From Oligoflexales bacterium (GTDB taxonomy: Bacteria > Bdellovibrionota_B > Oligoflexia > Oligoflexales > RGVZ01), in contig JBIIGV010000015.1 in NCBI GenBank assembly GCA_044236265.1, positions 1 to 34,902 of the forward strand: 34,902 bases of DNA, written 5' to 3'. The position numbers and the translations under genes were made by a program. The stretch's first letter is position 1; each line of letters begins with the position of its first letter. Of this stretch, positions 1-9,973 are shown one piece after another. The notes beneath the pieces were generated by a model. It saw only the letters and a program-made list of their open reading frames with translations, searched no databases and was not told where the DNA came from.

Positions 1-1
1 C

Positions 2-2050
2 GATCAGACAAACACCGCTTACCTTCGTAATATCTCAGCCTCAATGACCAACGGCTTTCATTTCCCCCTGCCGACAACAGCAACCTCAAAGTTAGCTATC
101 AATATTGGAAACGTTGGCGTTGAGGGAGACTCCTTTGAACCTGTGAGCGTGCCATTTTCTTTCGAGGTGGACGCCGACAGCGCAGATAGCCTCAGATCCG
201 TATTTCTGCATCAGAGACTCAAACTAGGTGAGTTGCTATCCCAACAACTAATTGCCAAGTGCACTGACAGCTGTCAAACCTTTGAACTAAGCAACGAGGC
301 GTCGATACCATCATTCGAGAAAATTTGGTCCCAAATCAAAGCAAATGCATCGAGAATGCTGATTCCTAAATTTGTGCCAGAAGAAATAAAGGGCCAACTT
401 GCATTCAAATCAGAAATCAAAGGATCAGGACTCCTTGACGGAAAAGGTCATTTCAATCAAAAAACAAATGCACTAAAGCTAAGGCATGAAACCGCGTTAA
501 CTATAACGGATCTTTCGCTCGCAATCCCAGCCAATCGAGCTTTCGTAAAAAAAGCAGCTTACAGCCTCAATATTGAAGGGTCGGAAAGAAAACTCTCAAC
601 TAGCATCCACCAAACAATTGACGAGGTCGGCGCACAACTTGAAGGTAAGGCGAAGAAAACTCACGACATTCGCGTTCATGGGGTTGATCTAAAAACTAAT
701 TTAGTCAGCAACACCAACTTATCCGATAGCGTCGCTAAAATTTTAGACTCCGTCAAAACGTCCTTTAATGCAGAGTTCTCGCTTGGGAAAGTGGATGTCC
801 CATCTGCGCTTAACAAACCACTGACAAACATAAAACTTACCTCATCAGGAAACACAAGCTCCCTGCGCAACCTAAATATTCAAAGCCTAAAGATCGTCCT
901 GCCAGACTTAGCCACCGCAATCGAATCAGCAGCTGAGCTGACATTAAATGACGAGCAGCAGCCGACAAGTTTCAATGTGAAAACTAAAGTATCGGTTGAT
1001 GATATCCCTAGAGGGTTTGTCAAAGGATTTGATGCAAAGGGCTCCGTCAAGACAGAGGTCCTCATCTCATCATCGGATATGGACACAGCCAACCTGACCG
1101 CGCTAATTGACCTGCAAAACGTCAGCGCTTCATTTCAGTCCCAAAACAGTCCAAATATAAGTGCCGAAATTCAAGACATTTCAGGCACAATCCCTCTCCA
1201 GCAAGCAATTCAGATCTCATCATTAAAAAAATTCAGCACTACACCAACCAAACAAGATCGCAACACAACAGCCGACGATGGCACCCAAACAGAATTAGGC
1301 GCCATCGACGACGATACCGTAATCAATGAAGCCAATAATTATCTGACACGAATCAAACCAGCCGTAACAGGCGACACGCGAATCACACTCAACCAAGACT
1401 ACGCGAACTTTCGTGAGTTTTACACCCAAAGAAGACCCATAAAAGTGCGATCAGCTCGGGCCATGAATCTAAGCATCGAAAACATCGAAGTTGATCTGGA
1501 GCTAACACAAAACCAACTTGCGATTAACAACGCGGTTGCATCTTTTTTAGGTGGAAAGCTTCACGCTGACTTCAAGCTCGCATTCGATGAGCGGCCCACG
1601 AGCATAAAGACATCCTTTCACGCAACTCGAATAAACACCGAGAAGCTAGTAAAGACTGTGCCTGGACTTAGAAAAAAATCTAAAAACATACTCTCATCCA
1701 GTAATCCGCTAATTGATGCTGCCGCACACCTTAACTATGATTTGAGAACTGGGGACATGCAAGGAGGCCTGAGCATTACCTCCATTGGAAAAGACCAACT
1801 GAGAATGATCCTTTATTACATTGATCCAGGCGACCGAGATGCGACGATTAGTGCAATCAAAACTGCTTTGAATTTTGGAGATGTAAAACTTGTTTCAGTT
1901 CCAATCAAAAACGGAGAAATTGGCTTAGATGTAAATCTACGACTTCTGTCCGCGCCGATCCCAACGCCAAAACTGCAAGGATTTCCTATTGCAAAACTAA
2001 TTAACAACTTCCGAGAACAGGGCGAGGACACAAATGATTCAGCACATTAA
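2..2050 (+). CDS. AsmA-like/YdbH-family intermembrane bridge protein, C-terminal part (5' end outside window)
   Basis: Frame is open from position 2 with no stop before the ATG at 44. Long run of amphipathic beta-strand-like repeats ending in 'NLSIENIEVDLELTQNQLAINNAVASFLGGKLHAD'. Overlaps a downstream DUF1318 gene, as in ydbH-ynbE-ydbL. Family call is inference. Confidence 0.55.
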   Translation, partial: DQTNTAYLRNISASMTNGFHFPLPTTATSKLAINIGNVGVEGDSFEPVSVPFSFEVDADSADSLRSVFLHQRLKLGELLSQQLIAKCTDSCQTFELSNEASIPSFEKIWSQIKANASRMLIPKFVPEEIKGQLAFKSEIKGSGLLDGKGHFNQKTNALKLRHETALTITDLSLAIPANRAFVKKAAYSLNIEGSERKLSTSIHQTIDEVGAQLEGKAKKTHDIRVHGVDLKTNLVSNTNLSDSVAKILDSVKTSFNAEFSLGKVDVPSALNKPLTNIKLTSSGNTSSLRNLNIQSLKIVLPDLATAIESAAELTLNDEQQPTSFNVKTKVSVDDIPRGFVKGFDAKGSVKTEVLISSSDMDTANLTALIDLQNVSASFQSQNSPNISAEIQDISGTIPLQQAIQISSLKKFSTTPTKQDRNTTADDGTQTELGAIDDDTVINEANNYLTRIKPAVTGDTRITLNQDYANFREFYTQRRPIKVRSARAMNLSIENIEVDLELTQNQLAINNAVASFLGGKLHADFKLAFDERPTSIKTSFHATRINTEKLVKTVPGLRKKSKNILSSSNPLIDAAAHLNYDLRTGDMQGGLSITSIGKDQLRMILYYIDPGDRDATISAIKTALNFGDVKLVSVPIKNGEIGLDVNLRLLSAPIPTPKLQGFPIAKLINNFREQGEDTNDSAH

Positions 2051-2612
2051 TTGCTTACCGGAACTTCGAGCCGTAACAATTACGAGCGCACTACTTCTAA
2101 GCGCTTGCTCCTTCAAATTTGAGCTGACATCTCAAAAAACGGCGCTAGAGAATCAGATCATGGGGAACTATCGAGAGCTTGAAGACGACCTGATCGTTAC
2201 TAACTTTGAAAAAACTTCAAAGGATATTGAGGTAAAGTCGCAACGAAAGTCTCTAGCATCCGTCGAGCTTGAGCGCGCACAAAAAAACCGAGAGTTCAAT
2301 GCTGACGATATTAAAGAACTCAAAGATAGCGGAATCATCGGAGAAACGTCTGACGGTTCTGTCGGCTTGCTCCCAAAATCCCTCGGCGGCGTGGCGCAAG
2401 CGTCACCCGAGCAAATCAAGCTGGCCGAGGCATTGATAGACGAGGAAAATCGTGATCGCGGCATTATTTGGAAGAGCTCAATCACGGAAGAGTCCAAGTC
2501 AAAAGATTCCGAGGAATCACAAATTCGTACAAATTTCGCGCGAGATATCTTTGAGAAATCTCCGACGGGACATTGGTTCAATGTGGGCAATCGCTGGACG
2601 GTCAAGCAATAA
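2034..2612 (+). CDS. YdbL/DUF1318-family lipoprotein
   Basis: Lipobox LLLSA-C. DUF1318-like core 'IKELKDSGIIGETSDG...LIDEENRDR...F...SPTGHWF...W'. GAGG lies upstream of the ATG, and the gene overlaps the previous stop. Confidence 0.75.
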   Translation: MIQHINCLPELRAVTITSALLLSACSFKFELTSQKTALENQIMGNYRELEDDLIVTNFEKTSKDIEVKSQRKSLASVELERAQKNREFNADDIKELKDSGIIGETSDGSVGLLPKSLGGVAQASPEQIKLAEALIDEENRDRGIIWKSSITEESKSKDSEESQIRTNFARDIFEKSPTGHWFNVGNRWTVKQ

Positions 2613-2614
2613 GC

Positions 2615-5600
2615 ATGAGATTCATTTCTAGAAATCTTAAGATTACTATTTTAGCGAGTCTTTTCGCGTTTTCAGCATATAACTGTGCGAGCAGGCGGTA
2701 TACGTCTAAAACTGAGTTTGGTTTACCGCAACTAAACGAAACCTTCGAAAACCCAACCAGAATCACAATCGGAAACGAATCAAACTTCAGCCCGACCCTG
2801 TCACCAAACGGGTCTTTTATGTTTTATACATCAGACCGTAACGGAAATAAGGACATCTTCGTTAAGAAAACCCGGGGGGGCTACGGAACGCCGATAACCA
2901 GTCATCCTGCCGATGACTTTTCCCCAGTCATGTCACCAAATGGCAAATATATAGCATTCGTTTCAAGAAGAACAAATGCTGCTGGTGCCATTCACATTAT
3001 GGAAATGGGTGCAAATATCTCAAATTTGGGCGGAATCATTGAACCAACACTTATTGACATCAACTTGCGCGAACTGGAAAACCGCAACCCGGCATGGTTT
3101 CCGAATAGCAAGAAAATTGTTTTTTCAGCACGGGAAATGGGCAACAAGGAGCCTAGGCTATATTTGGCTAATGTGGATAAGGAGGCCAAAATTTCAAGTC
3201 TTGCAGAAATACGCGGCGATTACCCAAGCGTGAGCCCCGATGGAACAAAGATCGTCTATTCAAGAGGCGGGCGCCTGTATCTTTATAACCTGACAAACAG
3301 TCAGGAGCACCCCCTCACCGACGGCATAATGGGACAAGATGGCCACCCGAATTTCTCCTCAGACAACGACACTGTCACCTTTATTCGCTACGCAGATGAT
3401 ACAAATAGTGATGGTCACTTGACTCCAGAGGACCGACCTACCATTTGGAGTCTTAGAACATCGGTACAAGTCGGTCGGACGACGTCTCTTGAGTCTTTTA
3501 AGATCGCTCCATTATCGAGCAGCTCACGATCAGCATTTTATCCGCGTAGCTTCTCACCGTATATTTACTTTGCCAGCGAAGATTCAGACAGCTTGGACAT
3601 TTATCGACTCCCGGATTTTGGCCATGTCAAAAATCAAACCTCCCTCGTGGCTATCAGTGAGACTTTCGAAAAGGTCAATGATGACGACGATAAATTATTC
3701 GTTCTACGTCGAGGCGCCGCACTAGCTGCACAAAATAATGATCAAAAACTAGCTGGTGAGTTAGCACTCAAGGAACTCGCATGGTTGACTGAACTAGGTC
3801 GAAGAATTGAGGCAAGTAACCTGCGTAAAAAAATTGCCGACGAGTTTAGGGACAACCAAGACCTTCAGTCCATTGCCGACCTTCAAATGTTATCTTTAAA
3901 GATTTCACCATATCGCTTCCCTGACCCAGAACTTCCGCAGCCAGACGACTTCTCAACACGATTGAATGAATGGGAACGTATTGCAAAAAGCATTAAGGGT
4001 AGAAAATCGCAGACACCATCTATCACGGAACAAATTCGGATCAAAGCAGACATAGTCTTGAGTGAAATCGCGGCAACCAAGGGCGACTTTCGCTTGGCTG
4101 AAACCACGTTGAGATCTATTGCGGAGGAGTCATCTCACCATCAATATGACGCCGCCAAGGCACTAGCCTACCTGGTTCGCATTGAAGCCGCCAGACGACA
4201 ACTACAAGAGGCAACGGACGTTCTAATCGAATTAGAGCGTAAATTTCCGGGAGAAAAGACGACGCTACACTATGCTGCCATCGACCTCATGGATGCAATA
4301 AAACCAAATGATCCAGAAGCCATTTCGAAATTGAATGACATTTTGGAAAGATGTCGAGGGTCAGTGACGCTACGTGGGTACACTCGAAAACGCCTTGGCG
4401 AAGTCATGGTCCTAACCGATAAGGCGGACGCCGCGAGTAGCGAATACAGACTACTTTTAAAGGAAGCAGAGGCCCCGCCCCACATATATCTTGAAGCCGC
4501 CCGGTCTCTGATAAAAAGAGAAGAATCGAATGGTCGAATTTCAATCGTTCTCGCTGTTTTCGACGATTTGCGCGAAGCAATAAAAAAATCTACAAGCTCT
4601 GATCGCAGCGAAGCGGCTCAAATGGAGTCAGAATTTTATGTCAGGCGTGGTCGAATTCTTCTAAACGAAGGTGAAAGCGCGCTAGCTCGAAGAGCATTTG
4701 AAAAATCTACGGAGATCAATCCAGGCAACATCGCAGCGCAAGAAGGCCTGATTGATGTTGCTGAAGCTCTGGATGAGCTTTCGAACACTATAAAATTTCG
4801 ACGAACTTTATCGGACGAAGCGCCGCGCGATCCCGTTCGCCTTTACCTACTCGCCTATGCATTGCAAAAACAGAAACGAATAACTTCCAGTATACGAGCA
4901 AGATCTATCTCAGAGGCTATTGAAATTCTGGAAAACGCTAGGCAGATAAACGGACAAGTGCCGCAGTTTCACAAACTTCTTGGAAAACTCTATCTTGAAA
5001 AGGCGCACAGCTCTCAAGCTGCAAATATGGACAAATCATTTACGGGCAGGCTTGGATCATCCTGGACCAATACAAAGTCATTTTTTGGATTTTCAGACCC
5101 CAACTGGTTTGAACTTTCCATCGATTCAAGCTTGACGGCATACTACTTAGCGGACGAGGAGTCTGCTGATAAGGCCGAGCTCTCACTCCAATTAGCAAAC
5201 TCCTATTTTGAAAATCAAACCTTTACTCTTAGCCTGAGGCACTACCTGAGGCGCATATCCATGCTGCAGCTTAGACCATTTGCTGACCAGAGATCTGAAA
5301 TGCGTTTATTCCGCCATGCAGGTCGTTCCGCGTTTTTCGCTGACGAATTGAAAGTAGCCGAAACGATGCAAAAACGCTCACTGCAGCTTGCAATATCATC
5401 CGGTAGCGACATCGATAAAGCTTACGCTACTGACGCACTCGCATTGACCTTACGGGAACAAGGGAAAGTCGAAGAAGCAAGGACCGCCTACTCTCGACTT
5501 CTTGAAATTCAATCAAAACTGGGAAACAAGGCCAACTTAGTCACAACAAGAATAAATATTGCCTACTGCTTCATGATGGCCGGCAAACGTGAACAGGCGC

Positions 5601-8600
5601 TCGAGCAATACGCAAAGGCGGAAAGCCTGTTAGCCGAGATCAAAACCGAAGATAACCTTAAGACATCAGACGGAATTCTTATTGATATAGCTGGCGAAAA
5701 TTCTGCGGCGCGGGGATTCACCTCTCTAGACCAAAAAATTCAGATCGCCTCATTCAGAGCACAGATTCGCGAAGGCCAAGGAGACCTGAAAAAGGCACAG
5801 GAAGAATTGATTCAAAAAATTGCACTTCTAAACGAGAAACGTAAAAGAGGAAAAAAATTTGGATTTGGAGACTCCTATTTATCCGAAGATCTTTCAGTGT
5901 CCCATAATAATCTCGGATACCTTCTCGCCAACATGGGACAGCTTCCAGAAGCAATGAAGCATTTTAGCGAAGGTTTAGGATATGCGCAGACCCTACGTTC
6001 AAAAGGCCAGGAGTTCCCATCGAGGTCTGAATGGATAAATCTTCTTGACCTTGCACGAACTCAGCTTCGACGCGCCGACTTAAAGACATTACCGAGAGAC
6101 GAGCAAGCTCAAATTGAAAAGCAGTTAACGCAGGCCCTCAACGAACTTTCAAAACCAGTGGCCTCTGGAAATCGCGACGCATCGCTAGCCGCTGCTGCGC
6201 TAAACTCGGTACTAGCCCAGATTCTATCCTCGGACAATTTCACCACTGATGAAAGACGATCACTGGCGCAGTCAAAGTTTCAGGAGTCGATCCTCTTGGC
6301 GCAGAAACTCGGGCTAGAGCTACCATTCGTCAATAGCGCCAATCTAAATCTGGATCGTGAAGAGGCTGCTAAAAATCCCAATCGCCAAGAAATTCTCAGC
6401 TCACACATCGAGTTTCGAAGGTCCGCCGTCTCAAGGCCTGGTCTTGCCTGGAAATACCTGGCGACGCGAGGTCTGTGCACCCAAGCCATCGAGGCTTTAT
6501 ACTCTCATGTCGGCTCAGGAGGAAAGATCCTTGAAAACGATGCGACATTAATGCGCACATGTATGGAGACACAACTGGCCAAAAACGATGCTGACGCCGA
6601 CGCTAAGTTACGACTTCTACGCCAATACTTTTCGATCATGTCTCGCCTCATCATTCAAGGAGGCGAGGGCGAAAGCCAAAATCAAATAAAGTCTCAGGTT
6701 TCTGAGCTATTCCGAATTGGAAAAGCGGAGCGAATTGGCGCAGCTCTCAATGCCTCAGAAGTTATGGTTACGTTATACAAAGGTGATGACGGAGCCGTCA
6801 CCCTATCTTTCATTTCTCCAATGGGAGAGGAAGGCATCCGAACCGTTGCACCTGATTCAGAGACAAAATCCGTCAACCAAAATTCCATCAGTAAAATTCT
6901 AAACGAGCGGGTGGGCAATAAAAACATCGACCGTCTCTATGTTGTGACCGACAACACCTTGATCTTTGAACAAATCCTCAGGTGGTCGAAGTTGCGCCCT
7001 AAATTAACCATCTCTTTTATTCCAAGCCCAGATTTTCTACCAAACATCATCGGCAATCGTCCTCTTCATTTTGATGCAGAGCTAATCTCCGAAAATGATG
7101 CTGGATCACAGTTTTTCAGGGGATTTTTGCAAGGCGTGGCCACAGGAAAAACAAGACCCCTGGTCATCGCTAAAAAAATTGAGAACAACGGAAATACGTC
7201 TCTGCGGGTACAGTTTTATGAATCACCATTGGAAGATGTAAGTCAGGATCTATTCGATCAAGCCTTAATTATTGGATACCCGGGGGTTAACGCCAAGGTA
7301 GCCAATGAGCAGTCGTCGAAATATTTTCAGCGGGCGATGGCTGAATCGGAGACGTCGAAAAGATCGGGGGATCCGGAATTGGCATACCTTCGAGCCCGCG
7401 AGTCATTCTATTATGCATGGCTTTCAGGAAACAAAGAGGAGCTTTATAAGGCCTCAAACTTGGCCTATCACACCGCACTTGAACAAAATAACAAGACGGA
7501 CTTGGTCTACTTTTTGAATGCTCAACGCCACTTTTCCGAGGAACTCAAAAAGGATCAATCGACTTTAAAGGACATTGAAGCCGCTGAGATTCAACAAAAA
7601 GGCGGAAGATTTGACGATGCAGAGCGGATCTTAGCACGAGTTCTGTCATCAAAACACGCCAACACCCTAAAGCCAGATGATTTGGCAAGAGTCCATGATT
7701 TACAGGGAATCATTCATCAGCAAAGGCGCAGATTTGATGAGGCAATTAAAAGTCTTCTCACTGCCAAGGGATATTACCAAAAAGCTAAGGACTGGGGAAA
7801 AGTAGCCATATGCAATCTGAGATTGGCAAAGATTAATGCCTATGAGCTTTTCGACTTCGCCGAGGCAAAAAAACTGCTTTCGGAGGCTGACAAAATCGGG
7901 CTGGTACAAAACAGCCAAAGTGTCCGCTTAGAAATTAGATTGGTTACAGCGCGAATTTTAATTCAGTCTCATGAAGAAACTAATGCTCAGAATCTTTTGA
8001 TTGCACTACTTAAAGAGGACAGCTCACGCCTAGCGGCAACCGAACTGGCTGAAGTACATAATGCTCTTGCAGAGTCTTTATATTGGCAAAGTCGGCTCTC
8101 GGAGGCAAAGTTTCATCTGAACGAGGCCGCAAAGCAAATATCGCGAGTTAAGGCCGAACAGAGTTCAGTTTCTCTCAAGCTAAGAACAAATAATCTTAGG
8201 GCAATGATCTTAGCCGCTGAGGGAAAACGATCAGAATCCCTGGCGCTATTCAATTCAAGTATTTTACAGGCGATCGAAACAAAGCAGAAAATAGTTGAAC
8301 GTGACCTGCGTCACAATCTTGCCCACTGGCACAGACAATGGGGGGAATTCTCAAAGGCAGCCGCTCTATTCGAATCAGCGATAACGATCAATGAGGAACT
8401 AGCCAAAATTGATCCCCAAAATGTTCCCTTCTCAATCACAGAAACCGCTAATCTTGCACTCGTCATTGCCATGGGCGGCGACCCTAAAAGCGCCAAAATT
8501 CTGCTAGATAATTCACTTTCAAAACCAGTCATCAAAGGAATTCGATACGCCTATATATTTACTCTTTTGGTCGAGGCAGACATACTAGGCATACTGGGGC

Positions 8601-9973
8601 AAACGGAAGAGGCAGAAAAAAAACTCTCAGTGGCTCTTGACGTAGCAGGGCGATTTCAGATTTTGAATCTCAAGTGGCGCGCTCAATACGGACTCGGAAT
8701 CTCGGCCCTGAAACAGAAAAGATTTAATACATCGCTTGAGTTTCTAAAGCAGTCCTACGACTATATTTCAAAGATGTCGGTCGGCGTATTAAAGGCCGAA
8801 TTCAGCTCCAATTCGATTGCTCAAGCGTCCTACCTAGATGTTCATGAGCGCTATATTGAGGCACTCTTATCAAGTGATCTCAAGAACCAGGCATTTGAGA
8901 GATCCTTGGATTTCGAGTTAAAGCTCAAGGAGTACAATGTAGGGAAAAGCTCGTCCGAAGGGGCAGAAAAGTTTATTAGTATGGCCAACCAGCTCTCTAA
9001 GGATGGTTTGGTTGTTGCGTATTTCTTCGGAGAAAAATTTAGCCATATCTTCCGCCTGGTGAATGGAAAGCTTGACTACAGAAAGCTAAATTTACGGAGA
9101 AGCGAGCTCGAGAAAACTCTCACAGATCTTTCTTTAGGCGACAAACAGATTCGAGAAAGATCTTTAAATCAACTTGCGGAATCACTTTTGCGTCCGATAC
9201 AATCCGATATTCTCCGCTCTGATCGGCTCAGAATAATCAGCACCCGAACGACATCTGCCATTCCATTTGCTGGATTACAACTATCAGGAAAATATCTGGT
9301 TCAGTCAGTTGAAATCTCATATTTGCCTATTGGGCATATAATCCCGCAGCAAGAAAATATTGACTTTGCTGATAAGCGTCTGCTCAAGGTGTTGGGTGTA
9401 TTGACTCCCCAGGATAAGAAGTCATTTCTCTCTAAGGAGCGTACACTTTTACCAAGATTCTTCCCAGATTCACAAATCCTCTATGATGAGGGCATGTCGA
9501 AAAATAAAGTACAGGCTGCTTTGGGCGGCAAAAATCTACTTCACATCTCAGCAAAATACGAGACAAATACAGTTGAACCAAAACTATCTGAAATTCAGCT
9601 CAATTCAAAGCAGACGAAGACCGGGGCAATCCGTATAGATGAATTATTGATTGGCAATGACAGTATTAAGCTTGCGTATTTTTCCCAACCAACCGATAGC
9701 GATACTCTTGCTGAAGCGCTATTTGAACAAGGCATTAGAGACTTCATCGGAAGTGATGCACCTAAAAACCAAAGTGACACACTTTTCGTGACAAAAAACT
9801 TCTATCGCTTCCTTCAGCAAAAGGGCGACCCCTGCCTCGCACTGCGACAGGCCCAAATCCAGACGATTAAGTTCATGCCCGAATCTACATCATGGTCCTA
9901 CATGAAAATATACTCTACATGCGGACGCAACCCTGGCGAGAAACCAACAGAAGAATCCTCACCTAGGCCCTAA
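2615..9973 (+). CDS. Giant predicted lipoprotein: PD40/TolB-like beta-propeller + TPR arrays + degenerate CHAT domain(s)
   Basis: ATG 2615 (2 nt after the upstream TAA) gives the signal 'MRFISRNLKITILASLFAFSAYN-C'. PD40 repeats: SPTLSPNG, SPVMSPNG, NPAWFPNS, YPSVSPDG, HPNFSSDN. TPR-like helices: SHNNLGYLLANMGQ, RHNLAHWHRQWGEF. C-terminal CHAT-like motifs: LLRPI, IPFAGL, ISYLP, FYRFL, ALRQAQ, WSYMKIY. Confidence 0.8.
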   Translation: MRFISRNLKITILASLFAFSAYNCASRRYTSKTEFGLPQLNETFENPTRITIGNESNFSPTLSPNGSFMFYTSDRNGNKDIFVKKTRGGYGTPITSHPADDFSPVMSPNGKYIAFVSRRTNAAGAIHIMEMGANISNLGGIIEPTLIDINLRELENRNPAWFPNSKKIVFSAREMGNKEPRLYLANVDKEAKISSLAEIRGDYPSVSPDGTKIVYSRGGRLYLYNLTNSQEHPLTDGIMGQDGHPNFSSDNDTVTFIRYADDTNSDGHLTPEDRPTIWSLRTSVQVGRTTSLESFKIAPLSSSSRSAFYPRSFSPYIYFASEDSDSLDIYRLPDFGHVKNQTSLVAISETFEKVNDDDDKLFVLRRGAALAAQNNDQKLAGELALKELAWLTELGRRIEASNLRKKIADEFRDNQDLQSIADLQMLSLKISPYRFPDPELPQPDDFSTRLNEWERIAKSIKGRKSQTPSITEQIRIKADIVLSEIAATKGDFRLAETTLRSIAEESSHHQYDAAKALAYLVRIEAARRQLQEATDVLIELERKFPGEKTTLHYAAIDLMDAIKPNDPEAISKLNDILERCRGSVTLRGYTRKRLGEVMVLTDKADAASSEYRLLLKEAEAPPHIYLEAARSLIKREESNGRISIVLAVFDDLREAIKKSTSSDRSEAAQMESEFYVRRGRILLNEGESALARRAFEKSTEINPGNIAAQEGLIDVAEALDELSNTIKFRRTLSDEAPRDPVRLYLLAYALQKQKRITSSIRARSISEAIEILENARQINGQVPQFHKLLGKLYLEKAHSSQAANMDKSFTGRLGSSWTNTKSFFGFSDPNWFELSIDSSLTAYYLADEESADKAELSLQLANSYFENQTFTLSLRHYLRRISMLQLRPFADQRSEMRLFRHAGRSAFFADELKVAETMQKRSLQLAISSGSDIDKAYATDALALTLREQGKVEEARTAYSRLLEIQSKLGNKANLVTTRINIAYCFMMAGKREQALEQYAKAESLLAEIKTEDNLKTSDGILIDIAGENSAARGFTSLDQKIQIASFRAQIREGQGDLKKAQEELIQKIALLNEKRKRGKKFGFGDSYLSEDLSVSHNNLGYLLANMGQLPEAMKHFSEGLGYAQTLRSKGQEFPSRSEWINLLDLARTQLRRADLKTLPRDEQAQIEKQLTQALNELSKPVASGNRDASLAAAALNSVLAQILSSDNFTTDERRSLAQSKFQESILLAQKLGLELPFVNSANLNLDREEAAKNPNRQEILSSHIEFRRSAVSRPGLAWKYLATRGLCTQAIEALYSHVGSGGKILENDATLMRTCMETQLAKNDADADAKLRLLRQYFSIMSRLIIQGGEGESQNQIKSQVSELFRIGKAERIGAALNASEVMVTLYKGDDGAVTLSFISPMGEEGIRTVAPDSETKSVNQNSISKILNERVGNKNIDRLYVVTDNTLIFEQILRWSKLRPKLTISFIPSPDFLPNIIGNRPLHFDAELISENDAGSQFFRGFLQGVATGKTRPLVIAKKIENNGNTSLRVQFYESPLEDVSQDLFDQALIIGYPGVNAKVANEQSSKYFQRAMAESETSKRSGDPELAYLRARESFYYAWLSGNKEELYKASNLAYHTALEQNNKTDLVYFLNAQRHFSEELKKDQSTLKDIEAAEIQQKGGRFDDAERILARVLSSKHANTLKPDDLARVHDLQGIIHQQRRRFDEAIKSLLTAKGYYQKAKDWGKVAICNLRLAKINAYELFDFAEAKKLLSEADKIGLVQNSQSVRLEIRLVTARILIQSHEETNAQNLLIALLKEDSSRLAATELAEVHNALAESLYWQSRLSEAKFHLNEAAKQISRVKAEQSSVSLKLRTNNLRAMILAAEGKRSESLALFNSSILQAIETKQKIVERDLRHNLAHWHRQWGEFSKAAALFESAITINEELAKIDPQNVPFSITETANLALVIAMGGDPKSAKILLDNSLSKPVIKGIRYAYIFTLLVEADILGILGQTEEAEKKLSVALDVAGRFQILNLKWRAQYGLGISALKQKRFNTSLEFLKQSYDYISKMSVGVLKAEFSSNSIAQASYLDVHERYIEALLSSDLKNQAFERSLDFELKLKEYNVGKSSSEGAEKFISMANQLSKDGLVVAYFFGEKFSHIFRLVNGKLDYRKLNLRRSELEKTLTDLSLGDKQIRERSLNQLAESLLRPIQSDILRSDRLRIISTRTTSAIPFAGLQLSGKYLVQSVEISYLPIGHIIPQQENIDFADKRLLKVLGVLTPQDKKSFLSKERTLLPRFFPDSQILYDEGMSKNKVQAALGGKNLLHISAKYETNTVEPKLSEIQLNSKQTKTGAIRIDELLIGNDSIKLAYFSQPTDSDTLAEALFEQGIRDFIGSDAPKNQSDTLFVTKNFYRFLQQKGDPCLALRQAQIQTIKFMPESTSWSYMKIYSTCGRNPGEKPTEESSPRP

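Noticed and set aside
2615..9973. Active TPR-CHAT (caspase-like) anti-phage or gasdermin-type system
   Set aside because: The catalytic His and Cys are absent, the protein is predicted to be exported, and no effector gene is adjacent.
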